A DNA stretch of 64,000 nt, taken from positions 299,785-363,784 of the forward strand of contig DOZJ01000002.1 of NCBI GenBank assembly GCA_003518055.1, given 5' to 3'. Made by a program: the position numbers and the translations under genes. The notes under the pieces were generated by a model. It did not search any database. It saw only the letters and a program-made list of their open reading frames with translations, and had not been told where the DNA came from. The DNA comes from Candidatus Falkowbacteria bacterium. Lineage in GTDB: Bacteria > Patescibacteriota > Patescibacteriia > UBA11705. How positions within the stretch are numbered: the first letter of the stretch is position 1; the number at the start of each line of letters is the position of its first letter. Shown here piece by piece: positions 1 through 9,096 of this stretch.

Positions 1-153
1 GGATTTGATATAAATAAAGAGGCGGACAATGCGGCTGTAATCTTAACAAATGAAAAGTGTTTTTATCTAGCGATAATGGGCAAGGGTAATAATTATTGCT
101 TCAATAAAGAGAAAAACCAGGCACTGTATGAAAACATTGAAGGTGATTGGTAA
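1..153 (+). other. cas12a: Upstream coding segment of cas12a (gene continues beyond the left window edge); same frame as ORF 157..2313 and terminated by an in-frame TAA at 151-153
   Basis: Frame 1 is open from nt 1 to 150 and the other two frames have early stops. Translation ...EKCFYLAIMGKGNNYCFNKEKNQALYENIEGDW* aligns with the region immediately N-terminal to the conserved Cas12a PNKMIPKV motif. Confidence 0.7.
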
Positions 154-156
154 AAA

Positions 157-2313
157 ATGGAGTATAAATATTTGCCCAACACATCAAGGATGATACCGAA
201 GGTCACGACACAGAGAAAAGATGTTATTTCGCATTTTAAACATAGCGATGATGACTATTTATTGTCTAATCAAAAGTCATTTAACAAACCATTGAAAATA
301 AGTAAGGAGATTTTTGAGCTGAATAATAGGATATATTCACGATCAGATTTATCAGAATCGGTTATCAGAGATAAGGGTAATGGAAATGACGAAAAGAAAT
401 ATGTGAAATTGTTCCAAAAAGATTATTACGCAAAGTGTGGTGGTGGACATGATGTATATCAGCAGGCATTATGGAAATGGATCGATTTTTGTAAGGAGTT
501 TTTGTCATGTTATATGAGCTGTGAGTATTTTGATTTTTCTTCTCTCATACAAACAGCTGATTATGACTCAGTTGAGATTTTTTACGCTGATGTTGACAAA
601 GCCTGTTATGTGAAAAAGTTTGTCCAAATTAACGCACAGCAGTTAAACAGGTTGGTGTCTGAAGGGAAGGCGTATTTATTTAAGATATATAATAAAGACT
701 TTTCAGAAAGGAAAATCAAGATTACTGACGGAAAGGATAATCTGGAAACGATCATGTTAAAAAGCCTATTTTCAAAGGATAATATTGAAAGCAAGGTGAT
801 ACAACTTAATGGGGGTGCTGAATTATTTTTCCGTAAAGCCAGTGTTGATCGGGTGAATGATGAAAAAAGAAGTAAGAATATAGATATTGTAACCCATAAA
901 AGATATACGGAGGATAAATATTTCTTTCATTTTCCAATCACGATAAATTTTGGTGAGAAAGTAAGTGGTCAGCAATTTAGGGATAATGTTTTTAAAAAAA
1001 TCAAACAGGATGACCTTAATATCATCGGTATTGATCGTGGCGAAAAGCACCTGCTTTATTATTCGGTTGTGAGTCCACGAGGTGAATTATTAGAGCGAGG
1101 GAGTCTCAATCAGATTGAATCTGGCGGAGAAGTTCAAGAAAAAGAAATTTCCGAACAATTTGATGATCATGGTGCACTTAAAAGTGTTGAGTTGGTCGAA
1201 ACAGGGAATGAAGTTAAATATGTAGATTATCATGTATTGCTCGATTATTATGAGAAGAAACGCAATTTGGCTCGTCGCGATTGGCAGACAATTGGCAAGA
1301 TAAAGGATTTAAAATCCGGCTATTTATCACAAGTAATACATAAAATCTGTCAGTTAATATTGAAGTATGATGCCATTGTTGTCATGGAGGATCTGAATGT
1401 TGAGTTTAAAGCCAAGCGAGCAGCCAAAGTTGAGAAGTCAGTTTATAAAAATTTTGAGTTGGCATTGGCAAGAAAGTTAAATCACCTGATTTTGAAAGAC
1501 AAATCTATCAATGATATCGGAGGAACATTGAAGGCATATCAGCTGACACCTGTAATTCCTGCAAACGATGTTGGTAAATTTGATAAAGCTAGTCAATGGG
1601 GGATTATGTTTTATGTGCGCGCCAACTATACCTCAATCACCGACCCATTGACCGGTTGGCGGCAACATAAATATATTTCAAATTCAGATAACATCGGAAA
1701 AATTCAGGAATTTTTTAATCCGGATTCTGGAGTGCAAATAAACTATGATACTGAGAAACAATGTTATAGATTCAGTTATGGTCAGCAGTTTGATGACAAT
1801 ACAATAAAACAGTGGGATCTGTTCGCTTATGAAGGTTTAGAGCGGTTTTATTGGGATAATAAAAACAGATCAGTGAAGAAGTATAGTTTGTATACAGAAT
1901 TTGAACATATTTTTAGTGATTTGGATAAGTCAAAAAACATTAATCATCAGATTGAAGGTATGACCGGATTTGGGTGGAAAAGTTTAGTGTTTTTCTGGAA
2001 TTTATTGAATCAGATAAGAAATACCGATAGATTAAAGCAGGGGGATGAAAATGATTTTCTACAATCACCTGCTTGGTCGGATCGTCAAGAGTGTTTTTAT
2101 GATAGCCGCAAAGCGTTGGCTGGATTGCCTACAAATGGTGACGCCAATGGAGCTTTTAATATTTCGCGAAAAGGCTTGATTTTATTGGATAGAATAAAGA
2201 GATGCCCGGATCTTTCAAGGTTTGGTAATAATAACAATGGTCGTAATCCTGAAAATGGATATTTTATTTCTGATGTAGAGTGGGATAAATTTGTCCAATC
2301 TGCGAATGAATAA
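157..2313 (+). CDS. cas12a: Type V-A CRISPR effector Cas12a (Cpf1), C-terminal 718 codons (WED/PI/RuvC/Nuc region)
   Basis: The RMIPKV motif matches the Cas12a consensus. The RuvC-I motif IGIDRGEKHLLYYSVV, the block YLFKIYNKDFS...NLETIMLKSLFS...LNGGAELFFRKAS, and a C-terminal DANGAFNISRKG (RuvC-III) are also present. Gene order is cas12a-cas4-cas1-cas2-array. Confidence 0.9.
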   Translation: MEYKYLPNTSRMIPKVTTQRKDVISHFKHSDDDYLLSNQKSFNKPLKISKEIFELNNRIYSRSDLSESVIRDKGNGNDEKKYVKLFQKDYYAKCGGGHDVYQQALWKWIDFCKEFLSCYMSCEYFDFSSLIQTADYDSVEIFYADVDKACYVKKFVQINAQQLNRLVSEGKAYLFKIYNKDFSERKIKITDGKDNLETIMLKSLFSKDNIESKVIQLNGGAELFFRKASVDRVNDEKRSKNIDIVTHKRYTEDKYFFHFPITINFGEKVSGQQFRDNVFKKIKQDDLNIIGIDRGEKHLLYYSVVSPRGELLERGSLNQIESGGEVQEKEISEQFDDHGALKSVELVETGNEVKYVDYHVLLDYYEKKRNLARRDWQTIGKIKDLKSGYLSQVIHKICQLILKYDAIVVMEDLNVEFKAKRAAKVEKSVYKNFELALARKLNHLILKDKSINDIGGTLKAYQLTPVIPANDVGKFDKASQWGIMFYVRANYTSITDPLTGWRQHKYISNSDNIGKIQEFFNPDSGVQINYDTEKQCYRFSYGQQFDDNTIKQWDLFAYEGLERFYWDNKNRSVKKYSLYTEFEHIFSDLDKSKNINHQIEGMTGFGWKSLVFFWNLLNQIRNTDRLKQGDENDFLQSPAWSDRQECFYDSRKALAGLPTNGDANGAFNISRKGLILLDRIKRCPDLSRFGNNNNGRNPENGYFISDVEWDKFVQSANE

Positions 2314-2318
2314 TCGTC

Positions 2319-2876
2319 ATGGAATCCTACATCCCCATCTCAAAAATAAACGATTTTATTTTTTGTCCATATTCGTTAATTTATCACTCGATTTACGAAG
2401 GCTTTACCGAGAAGACATATCATGATGTGCCTCAGACAGCCGGCAAGATCAGCCATGCCAAAATTGATAAAGGCGAATACTCGAGCGCCAAAAAATTCCT
2501 GCAAGGGATTGATGTTTATAGTGAAAAATATGGACTTTGTGGCAAAATTGATATTTTTGATCAGGAAAATGGCATATTGATCGAGCGCAAGAACAAAATT
2601 GAGCGGATATATGATGGATACAAATATCAATTATACGCTCAGTATTTTTCCCTGAACGAAATGGGGTATAACGTGAAAAAGATCGTCTTGCACGCCTTGA
2701 CGACGAATAAACGTTTCAACCTTCCATTGCCCCGAGGCGAAGAATTGAAAAAGTTTGAATCCACCATCGCCGCTATTAATGATTTTAATCCGTTGCGTGA
2801 TAAAGTTGATATTAATCCACAAAAATGCGCTCATTGCATTTATTATGTCCTTTGCGCTTATGCTGTCAGCCAATGA
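2319..2876 (+). CDS. cas4: Cas4 (RecB-like nuclease with a 4-Cys cluster)
   Basis: N-terminal Cys (FIFCPYSL) and C-terminal C-x2-C-x5-C (CAHCIYYVLC); position between cas12a and cas1. Confidence 0.8.
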   Translation: MESYIPISKINDFIFCPYSLIYHSIYEGFTEKTYHDVPQTAGKISHAKIDKGEYSSAKKFLQGIDVYSEKYGLCGKIDIFDQENGILIERKNKIERIYDGYKYQLYAQYFSLNEMGYNVKKIVLHALTTNKRFNLPLPRGEELKKFESTIAAINDFNPLRDKVDINPQKCAHCIYYVLCAYAVSQ

Positions 2877-3798
2877 TTTCGCGGAAAAACAAATATTGAT
2901 TGTGAAGAATTCTCAACAAACCGAATCCAAATTGCGGTTTCAGAATGATAATCTTGTGTTTGCGAACGAAGAAACTGAGAATCGCGTATCCTGTCATAAG
3001 GTCTTAGCGGTATTTGTTGTCGGAGACACATCTATCTCTACGGTCTTGTTGCGTAAGGCCCGCCAGCACGGTATATCTTTTTTCTTGCTCAATCGCAATT
3101 TAGAGTCATACGCGGAAATATTATCGTCAGCCGAAGGCAATTATCTCCTGCGGCAAAAACAATATACGTTTTTGTCTGAATTGTCTGCCGCTAAAAAATT
3201 GGTTGCAAATAAAGCTTTGAATCAGCTTATGCTTTTAAGAGGAGCTGGAAAGATAGCTGATTACGATCTGGGTATCTTCGCCAAAATCGAAAACGCTAAT
3301 ACTGATAAAGAACTTTTAGGGCTTGAGGGGAGCGTGACCAAGAAATTTTTCCAAAGTTATTTCAAGGAGATCGATTGGTATCGCCGTCTGCCGCGAGCCA
3401 AAGTTGATGTTAACAACCTCCTGCTGGATATTGGCTACACAATGATGCTCAACTATATTGATTCACTCTTGCACTTGTTCGGCTTTGATGTTTACAAAGG
3501 GTTTTATCATAAACTATTTTTTAAAAGAAAATCATTATCCTGTGATATCGTGGAACCGTTTCGATGTATTATTGATAAGCAATTATTGAAATCATTTAAT
3601 CTAAAACAAATTGACTTAAAAGATTTTACTCATCGGCAAGGAAAATATGCCGTTTCGTATGATAAATCCACAAAATACATGAGGATTTTCTTTGAAGTCA
3701 TAATGGATCATAAGGATGATATTTACCAGTATATTTATCACTTCTATCGTTATATGAACGGATCTGAGCCTGAATTTCCGGAATTTAAATTGAAATAA
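2845..3798 (+). CDS. cas1: Cas1 integrase (start at ATG 2845 or 2860, overlapping the cas4 stop)
   Basis: A 310-320 aa protein between cas4 and cas2. The ORF track's upstream extension overlaps cas4 in another frame, so the start was trimmed to the first in-frame ATGs near the cas4 stop. Confidence 0.75.
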   Translation: MSFALMLSANDFAEKQILIVKNSQQTESKLRFQNDNLVFANEETENRVSCHKVLAVFVVGDTSISTVLLRKARQHGISFFLLNRNLESYAEILSSAEGNYLLRQKQYTFLSELSAAKKLVANKALNQLMLLRGAGKIADYDLGIFAKIENANTDKELLGLEGSVTKKFFQSYFKEIDWYRRLPRAKVDVNNLLLDIGYTMMLNYIDSLLHLFGFDVYKGFYHKLFFKRKSLSCDIVEPFRCIIDKQLLKSFNLKQIDLKDFTHRQGKYAVSYDKSTKYMRIFFEVIMDHKDDIYQYIYHFYRYMNGSEPEFPEFKLK

Positions 3799-3799
3799 T

Positions 3800-4081
3800 A
3801 TGTTTATAATCAGCTATGATTTCAAAGACGACAAGGTTAGGGCACGTTTTTCCAAATACATCAAAAAGTATGGCCGCAAAATCCAATATTCCGTTTATGA
3901 GATCAAGAATAGTGATCGGGTCTTGAAAAATATCGCCAAAGAGATAGAATTGAAGTACGCAAAGCAATTCACAGGAGCTGACAGCATTCTTATCTTTCCT
4001 GTTTGTGAAACCTGCAAGAAAAAAGTAATGCGGTATGGTTACGCGGCTAACGAGGAAAAAGAGGTTATTGTTTTTGAATAG
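3800..4081 (+). CDS. cas2: Cas2
   Basis: 93 aa with N-terminus MFIISYDFKDDKVRARFSKYIKKYGRKIQYSVYE, typical of Cas2; immediately precedes the array. Confidence 0.85.
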   Translation: MFIISYDFKDDKVRARFSKYIKKYGRKIQYSVYEIKNSDRVLKNIAKEIELKYAKQFTGADSILIFPVCETCKKKVMRYGYAANEEKEVIVFE

Positions 4082-4258
4082 TGTCTTTTGACAATAAAAA
4101 ATACGAAAGAGTATTGAAAGTATAAATTTCTGTATTGATATTTATTAGACAAAAACCCCAGTCCTTATATTTCCAAAAAAGCTAATTTAAGCTAAAAAGT
4201 CGTGTTGGCCTTAGTTGCCTCATTTGCATCTTTTTGGCTTAAATTAGCAAACTGGACT
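4082..4258 (+). promoter_or_regulatory. AT-rich CRISPR leader with a long imperfect inverted repeat (arms about 4176-4199 and 4230-4252)
   Basis: AAAAAGCTAATTTAAGCTAAAAAG ... CTTTTTGGCTTAAATTAGCAAAC immediately upstream of repeat 1. Confidence 0.6.
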
Positions 4259-5470
4259 GTCTAATATCAATATTCAATTTCTACTTTCGTAGATCAACAT
4301 TGTTTTGCGTAAACTGCAACTGTCTAATATCAATATTCAATTTCTACTTTCGTAGATATTTCTCTTCCTGAACCTTGCTCTGTGTCTAATATCAATATTC
4401 AATTTCTACTTTCGTAGATGATTGTTCCACTTCGCCGTCCGGCCAGTCTAATATCAATATTCAATTTCTACTTTCGTAGATATAACTATATAAGTTAAAT
4501 AAATCAGTCTAATATCAATATTCAATTTCTACTTTCGTAGATGCAACGGCGTTCAGACATATATAGAGGTCTAATATCAATATTCAATTTCTACTTTCGT
4601 AGATGCCGACGTAATGGGTGTTAGGTCTATGTCTAATATCAATATTCAATTTCTACTTTCGTAGATGTTGGGTATTCGGATAATACAGCGAGTCTAATAT
4701 CAATATTCAATTTCTACTTTCGTAGATGAAATCCTGAATATGATTCGGCTAAAGTCTAATATCAATATTCAATTTCTACTTTCGTAGATATTCAGCCGTT
4801 GCTTCTCTAACATAGTGTCTAATATCAATATTCAATTTCTACTTTCGTAGATCTTAAGCAGGCTTTTTCAATTGACGCGTCTAATATCAATATTCAATTT
4901 CTACTTTCGTAGATCTCCGGCCCGATAAAATAGCGTCAGGTATAATATCAATATTCAATTTCTACTTTCGTAGATACTTCGTGAAAATCAAATCACCGTG
5001 TGTCTAATATCAATATTCAATTTCTACTTTCGTAGATTCTTGCAAATGCCGAAACGCCAATAATGTCTAATATCAATATTCAATTTCTACTTTCGTAGAT
5101 ATGGGGGAACTTGCGGGCGTGGCTGGTCTAATATCAATATTCAATTTCTACTTTCGTAGATGCTACCAATGGCACAAACCTGTATAGTCTAATATCAATA
5201 TTCAATTTCTACTTTCGTAGATGCAGTCCCAGACCTCCTTTTGATTAAGTCTAATATCAATATTCAATTTCTACTTTCGTAGATCCATCCTCATAACTGG
5301 CGTCATCAGCAGTCTAATATCAATATTCAATTTCTACTTTCGTAGATCAAAATGCCTGTGAATCCACCATAAAGTCTAATATCAATATTCAATTTCTACT
5401 TTCGTAGATATAGAAAACGCCACATCACCTGCGCGTCTAATATCAATATTCAATTTCTACTTTCGTAGAT
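4259..5470 (+). CRISPR. CRISPR array: 20 x 36-bp repeat GTCTAATATCAATATTCAATTTCTACTTTCGTAGAT with 19 spacers of 25-27 nt; repeat 12 (4940-4975) has a C>A variant at its third base
   Basis: Repeat starts counted at 4259, 4322, 4384, 4446, 4507, 4569, 4631, 4692, 4754, 4817, 4879, 4940, 5002, 5065, 5126, 5187, 5249, 5312, 5374 and 5435. The 3' end of the repeat, AATTTCTACTTTCGTAGAT, is the canonical Cas12a crRNA handle (UCUACU-N-GUAGAU stem), oriented for plus-strand transcription. Confidence 0.97.
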
Positions 5471-5535
5471 ATTTCACCTACACTCAAAAATTAACGGCCA
5501 TAAACTCGCCACCGACCACAAAAGGAGTGAACACC

Positions 5536-5814
5536 ATGAGCTTTTACGCGCTTTTCTACTGGGGCTGGATTACCTTGACCGCCGCCATAGCTCTGCTCTA
5601 TGCCGTTAGTCCGTGTATCATGTTGTACAGCGGTCTTGACACCGGTGCTTATCAGATGCGTGAATTTTGGTACATTTTCCTCCCCGGCTGCTTTGGTTCT
5701 GTTATCGCCGTCAGATTTTTTGGTCAATTCTTCGTTCAGATGATGCGGCAGCGCCGCTTCAAACGCAAGCTTGACCGTGATCTCCGGTGTCCCAAGCCGA
5801 TCCGGCCGAGTTGA
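5536..5814 (+). CDS. Small hydrophobic membrane protein (hypothetical)
   Basis: AAGGAG Shine-Dalgarno 8 nt upstream of ATG 5536; two predicted TM helices; basic C-terminus. Confidence 0.5.
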   Translation: MSFYALFYWGWITLTAAIALLYAVSPCIMLYSGLDTGAYQMREFWYIFLPGCFGSVIAVRFFGQFFVQMMRQRRFKRKLDRDLRCPKPIRPS

Positions 5815-5837
5815 GTTTATGAATTATGAAATTTTGC

Positions 5838-5863
5838 TGAAGCACCGCGTGCTTCATTTTTTT
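5838..5863 (+). terminator. Rho-independent terminator (TGAAGCACCGCGTGCTTCA + T7)
   Basis: Perfect 8-bp stem followed by a T-run downstream of ORF 5536..5814. Confidence 0.7.
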
Positions 5864-5894
5864 ATCAAAAAAGATGATTGGTTAATCATCTGTT

Positions 5895-6215
5895 TCAGTT
5901 GAACTTGTCTAACTTCAGCACTTCGATCAACACGATTTTGAGCGCGTGATAAAATCTGGTAGTGATGGCGTCTTCATAATGATATTTGAGTTCAGCGGTT
6001 AGCCGTCTTTCATCTACGGTCATTGTCCACGGCTGATCAGGTCCGATACCCCAACGCAGACCATCATTGAAAATTTTTCTAATCAGCGATCGGCCGAATA
6101 AAACAAGTGAAATTCTAGTGGCGATCTCCTGATAATATTCTGTAATTTTTTCCTGCCCACCAATATCTTTTCGTCGTTTGATTTCAGTCGGGTCAAGGCG
6201 GAACAAGACGCTCAT
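5895..6215 (-). CDS. Hypothetical protein (106 aa)
   Basis: ATG start; preceded on the minus strand by a hairpin and terminator region; no recognisable motif. Confidence 0.45.
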   Translation of the reverse strand: MSVLFRLDPTEIKRRKDIGGQEKITEYYQEIATRISLVLFGRSLIRKIFNDGLRWGIGPDQPWTMTVDERRLTAELKYHYEDAITTRFYHALKIVLIEVLKLDKFN

Positions 6216-6289
6216 GACAGCCTCCCTGATGGTTTTGAGGTTCGATTGGCTTATTTTAGATGATTATATTGCTCATGTCAAGGTACCGG

Positions 6290-6318
6290 TTGACTTTTTA
6301 TCGCGGATCAGCTATAAT
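6290..6318 (+). promoter_or_regulatory. Sigma-70-type promoter TTGACT-N17-TATAAT
   Basis: ttgactttttatcgcggatcagctataat; drives the downstream non-coding stretch. Confidence 0.6.
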
Positions 6319-6324
6319 GTAACA

Positions 6325-6531
6325 TACACTAAACAAGGTGTTCCGCCACCGGCGGCTGTTTGTATGCAAAAACCCAAGAGGCACCGGCACCGAATATTTA
6401 TTCACTAGCCGGGCCCCCTCTCAAAGGATTGTCGAGGCGAACCTCGCTGTCCCCGGGATTATGCCTACGTCGACAGAACTCAAGGTGGCTTGGGGTGTCC
6501 CGTCTTTCTCAACGGGCCCCCTCTTTTTTTT
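6325..6531 (+). ncRNA. Candidate small structured RNA of about 200 nt (unknown class)
   Basis: Sits between a consensus promoter and a GC-rich hairpin followed by T8 (6497-6531). GC-rich with a GNRA-capped hairpin (GTCGAGG-CGAA-CCTCGCTGTC) and a 12-nt direct repeat CGGGCCCCCTCT at about 6409 and 6515. The ORFs called here are in a compositionally odd frame. Confidence 0.4.
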
Positions 6532-6591
6532 AAAAAAATTTTTGTGGTATAATATAATCAAGAATAATTTATTAATCATTAAAATAAAAAT

Positions 6592-6750
6592 ATGGACGAA
6601 CCAAAAGCCATGTATGTGTGCAACGCTTGCGGTCATATGTCCGAGGATCCGGGGACGCACTGCGATCACGAAATGAAAAAACAATGTGATTGCGGCTCAG
6701 GTAAGATGGCTGAAGACTGCTGTCTGCCGCCGGCGCCGAGACCGTAATTT
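6592..6750 (+). CDS. Cys/His-rich 52-aa micro-protein (putative metal-binding), below the ORF-track length cutoff
   Basis: Own extended -10 (TGGTATAAT at 6544-6552). Translation MDEPKAMYVCNACGHMSEDPGTHCDHEMKKQCDCGSGKMAEDCCLPPAPRP. Confidence 0.45.
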
Positions 6751-6896
6751 ATTTTTAGATCGTTGAGGTGAGTGATATTTCATATCATTCTATTTTACTA
6801 ATAGTCCGATTTACCTCCGACATTTACCAAAAAAACGCCATTGGCTCAGACTTCAGACCGCGAATAATTTATTCAATATACTAAATAAACCCTGCC

Positions 6897-7100
6897 ATGG
6901 ATTTATCCACTATCGGCTTCACACTGCAGACCTTGGGTGAAGTTATTATTGCCTTGACTGTTCTTAGTGTTCACCGGCGCTTGAGGCACGAGCGAAAGAT
7001 CGACAAAAAAGTTTCTGAGAGTGTGGAAACGGAACAAATTTTTGGCGTGATGTCTATAATTTTAATTATCGTCGGTTTTATTTTACAGGTTTACGCTTAA
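6897..7100 (+). CDS. Small membrane protein (2 TM), hypothetical
   Basis: 67 aa, hydrophobic N- and C-terminal segments. Confidence 0.4.
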   Translation: MDLSTIGFTLQTLGEVIIALTVLSVHRRLRHERKIDKKVSESVETEQIFGVMSIILIIVGFILQVYA

Positions 7101-7103
7101 CTT

Positions 7104-7979
7104 ATGGCTCTTTTGGTAAAAACAAAAAACCAAGATAAACATCATGATCTCGAGGCGTTGAGTGTTCTGGCCAATGAGATTCGCCGCGACATAATCAAAA
7201 TGTTATATGAAGCCGGATCCGGTCATTCCGGTGGGTCTTTGGGTATGACTGATATTTTTACGGCTTTGTATTTCGCCGTTTTGAACCATGATCCCAAAAA
7301 ACCGGCTTGGAGCGGCCGCGATCGGGTTTTTTTGTCAAATGGTCACATCTGCCCGGTCTGGTACGCGACTTTGGCTCACGCCGGCTATTTTCCGTTATCT
7401 GAACTCAAGACTCTGCGTAAACTCGGTTCACGGTTACAAGGTCATCCTCACAATTTGTCCTTGCCCGGAGTGGAGAATACCGGTGGTCCTCTTGGTCAGG
7501 GAATTTCTCAGGCAATCGGCGCCGCCCTTGCCTTGCGTTTGGATCAAAAGAAAAATTATGTTTTCTGTCTCATGAGCGACGGCGAGTTGAACGAAGGCCA
7601 GACATGGGAGGCCTTTATGTTCGCGGCCAAATATAAATTAAACAATCTCACTGCCGTTATTGATCGCAACAATATTCAAATTGACGGCTATACCGAAGAT
7701 ATCATGCCGCTCGAACCATTGGCTGATAAGTTCAAAGCATTCGGCTGGCATGTGCTTGAAATAAACGGTCACAACATGCCTGAAATAATCTCCGCTCTTG
7801 AAACATCAAAAGTTATTTATGAAAAACCCGTGGTGGTTATCGCCCACACGATTCCGGGCAAGGGGGTGAGTTTTATGGAAAATCGGTTTGAGTGGCACGG
7901 AAAACCGCCAGCCAAAAACGAACGCGATCAAGCGTTAAAAGAATTAATGAAAGAACGCAAAGATTATGTTGGTTCGTGA
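7104..7979 (+). CDS. Transketolase, N-terminal (TPP-binding) subunit
   Basis: GSGHSGGSLGMTDIF and HPHNLSLPGVENTGGPLGQG motifs; split-gene arrangement with the next ORF. Confidence 0.9.
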   Translation: MALLVKTKNQDKHHDLEALSVLANEIRRDIIKMLYEAGSGHSGGSLGMTDIFTALYFAVLNHDPKKPAWSGRDRVFLSNGHICPVWYATLAHAGYFPLSELKTLRKLGSRLQGHPHNLSLPGVENTGGPLGQGISQAIGAALALRLDQKKNYVFCLMSDGELNEGQTWEAFMFAAKYKLNNLTAVIDRNNIQIDGYTEDIMPLEPLADKFKAFGWHVLEINGHNMPEIISALETSKVIYEKPVVVIAHTIPGKGVSFMENRFEWHGKPPAKNERDQALKELMKERKDYVGS

Positions 7980-8940
7980 TGTGTACAATGAAAAAACAAT
8001 AGGCCGAGAACCCACACGCAACGGCTATGGGGCGGCTTTGGTTGAACTTGGCCGAAAAAATAAAAATATCGTGGTCTTGACCGGCGACTTGGCCGAATCC
8101 ACGCGCGCTCAGATGTTTCAGGCCAAATACCCAGAGCGGTTTTTTGATGTCGGAGTGGCTGAACAAAATATGATGGGCGTCGCGGCCGGACTCGCGCTCA
8201 CCGGCAAAATTCCTTTTGTCTCAAGTTACGCGGTCTTCAGCCCGGGCCGCAATTGGGATCAGCTCCGAGTAAGCGTTTGTTACAGCCGGGCCAATGTCAA
8301 AATAATCGGCGCACACACCGGTTTGTCGGTCGGGCCGGATGGCGCCACGCACCAAGCGCTTGAAGACATTGCGATCACTCGTTGTCTGCCGAATTTAACC
8401 GTCATCGCGCCCTGTGACGTTCATGAAACCAAAAAAGCCATTTTCGCCGCGGCCAAAATTGCCGGTCCGGTTTATATTCGTCTCGCCCGTGAGGCCACAC
8501 CGGCTTTCACCACTCCCAACACTGATTTTCAGGTTGGTCGGGCGGATATCTTGCGGCGAGGGCATCATGTTTCCATTATTGGCTGTGGGCCGATTTTGTA
8601 CGAAGCCTTGCAGGCTGCCCACAGTTTGAGTCAAGAGGGGATTGAGGCTGAGGTGATCAATTGCCACACCATAAAACCCATCGATCACAAAACTATTATC
8701 GCCTCCGCCAAAAAGACCGAGGCGGTCGTTACGGTCGAAGAGCACCAAATCATCGGCGGTCTCGGCAGCGCCGTAGCCGAAGTTTTATCCGCACATTATC
8801 CGGTTCCGCTCAAGATGATCGGGGTTAGAGACACTTTTGGCGAATCCGGCACCCCGAATGAACTCATGATCAAGTATGGCTTGGATCGGAATCAAATTAT
8901 CGACACGGTTCGTCGTATGATGAAGTCCTTATTGAAATAA
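7966..8940 (+). CDS. Transketolase, C-terminal (pyrimidine-binding) subunit
   Basis: 324 aa; overlaps the N-terminal subunit stop; typical transketolase C-terminal domain sequence. Confidence 0.9.
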   Translation: MLVRDVYNEKTIGREPTRNGYGAALVELGRKNKNIVVLTGDLAESTRAQMFQAKYPERFFDVGVAEQNMMGVAAGLALTGKIPFVSSYAVFSPGRNWDQLRVSVCYSRANVKIIGAHTGLSVGPDGATHQALEDIAITRCLPNLTVIAPCDVHETKKAIFAAAKIAGPVYIRLAREATPAFTTPNTDFQVGRADILRRGHHVSIIGCGPILYEALQAAHSLSQEGIEAEVINCHTIKPIDHKTIIASAKKTEAVVTVEEHQIIGGLGSAVAEVLSAHYPVPLKMIGVRDTFGESGTPNELMIKYGLDRNQIIDTVRRMMKSLLK

Positions 8941-8960
8941 ATTCAGGAAAAGTGGTTAAT

Positions 8961-9041
8961 GTCTCTGAACCTGCCTGCCGACTTGTATGCCGTATCTTTA
9001 GCGGCGGTATAAGCCTCAGCGTAGGTAGGCTTGTTTCAGGG
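8961..9041 (+). repeat. Diverged copy of the dispersed intergenic structured element (see 16640 and 32194)
   Basis: CCTGCCTGCCGACTTGTATGCCG ... CGTAGGTAGG shares both flanks with the copy at 32210-32270 but has a different central 27 nt. Confidence 0.45.
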
Positions 9042-9096
9042 ACCCAGTCCCAAAGCTCTCAACTTCAATCATTAGTGGTCAAAAAAATATAATCAT

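Noticed and set aside
606-1050. Minus-strand ORFs 606..794 and 823..1050 inside cas12a; likewise 2376..2630 and 2631..2873 inside cas4, and 3785..3967
   Set aside because: Antisense to strongly supported cas genes, low-complexity Ile/Phe/Leu-rich translations typical of AT-rich antisense frames, and no ribosome-binding site.
6338-6684. ORFs 6338..6676 (+) and 6421..6684 (-)
   Set aside because: They span a promoter, a terminator hairpin and the T-run. Replaced by an ncRNA candidate and the 52-aa Cys-rich ORF in a different frame.
7104-8940. Split transketolase as a novelty
   Set aside because: Separate N- and C-terminal transketolase subunits are a well-known arrangement in many bacteria and archaea.
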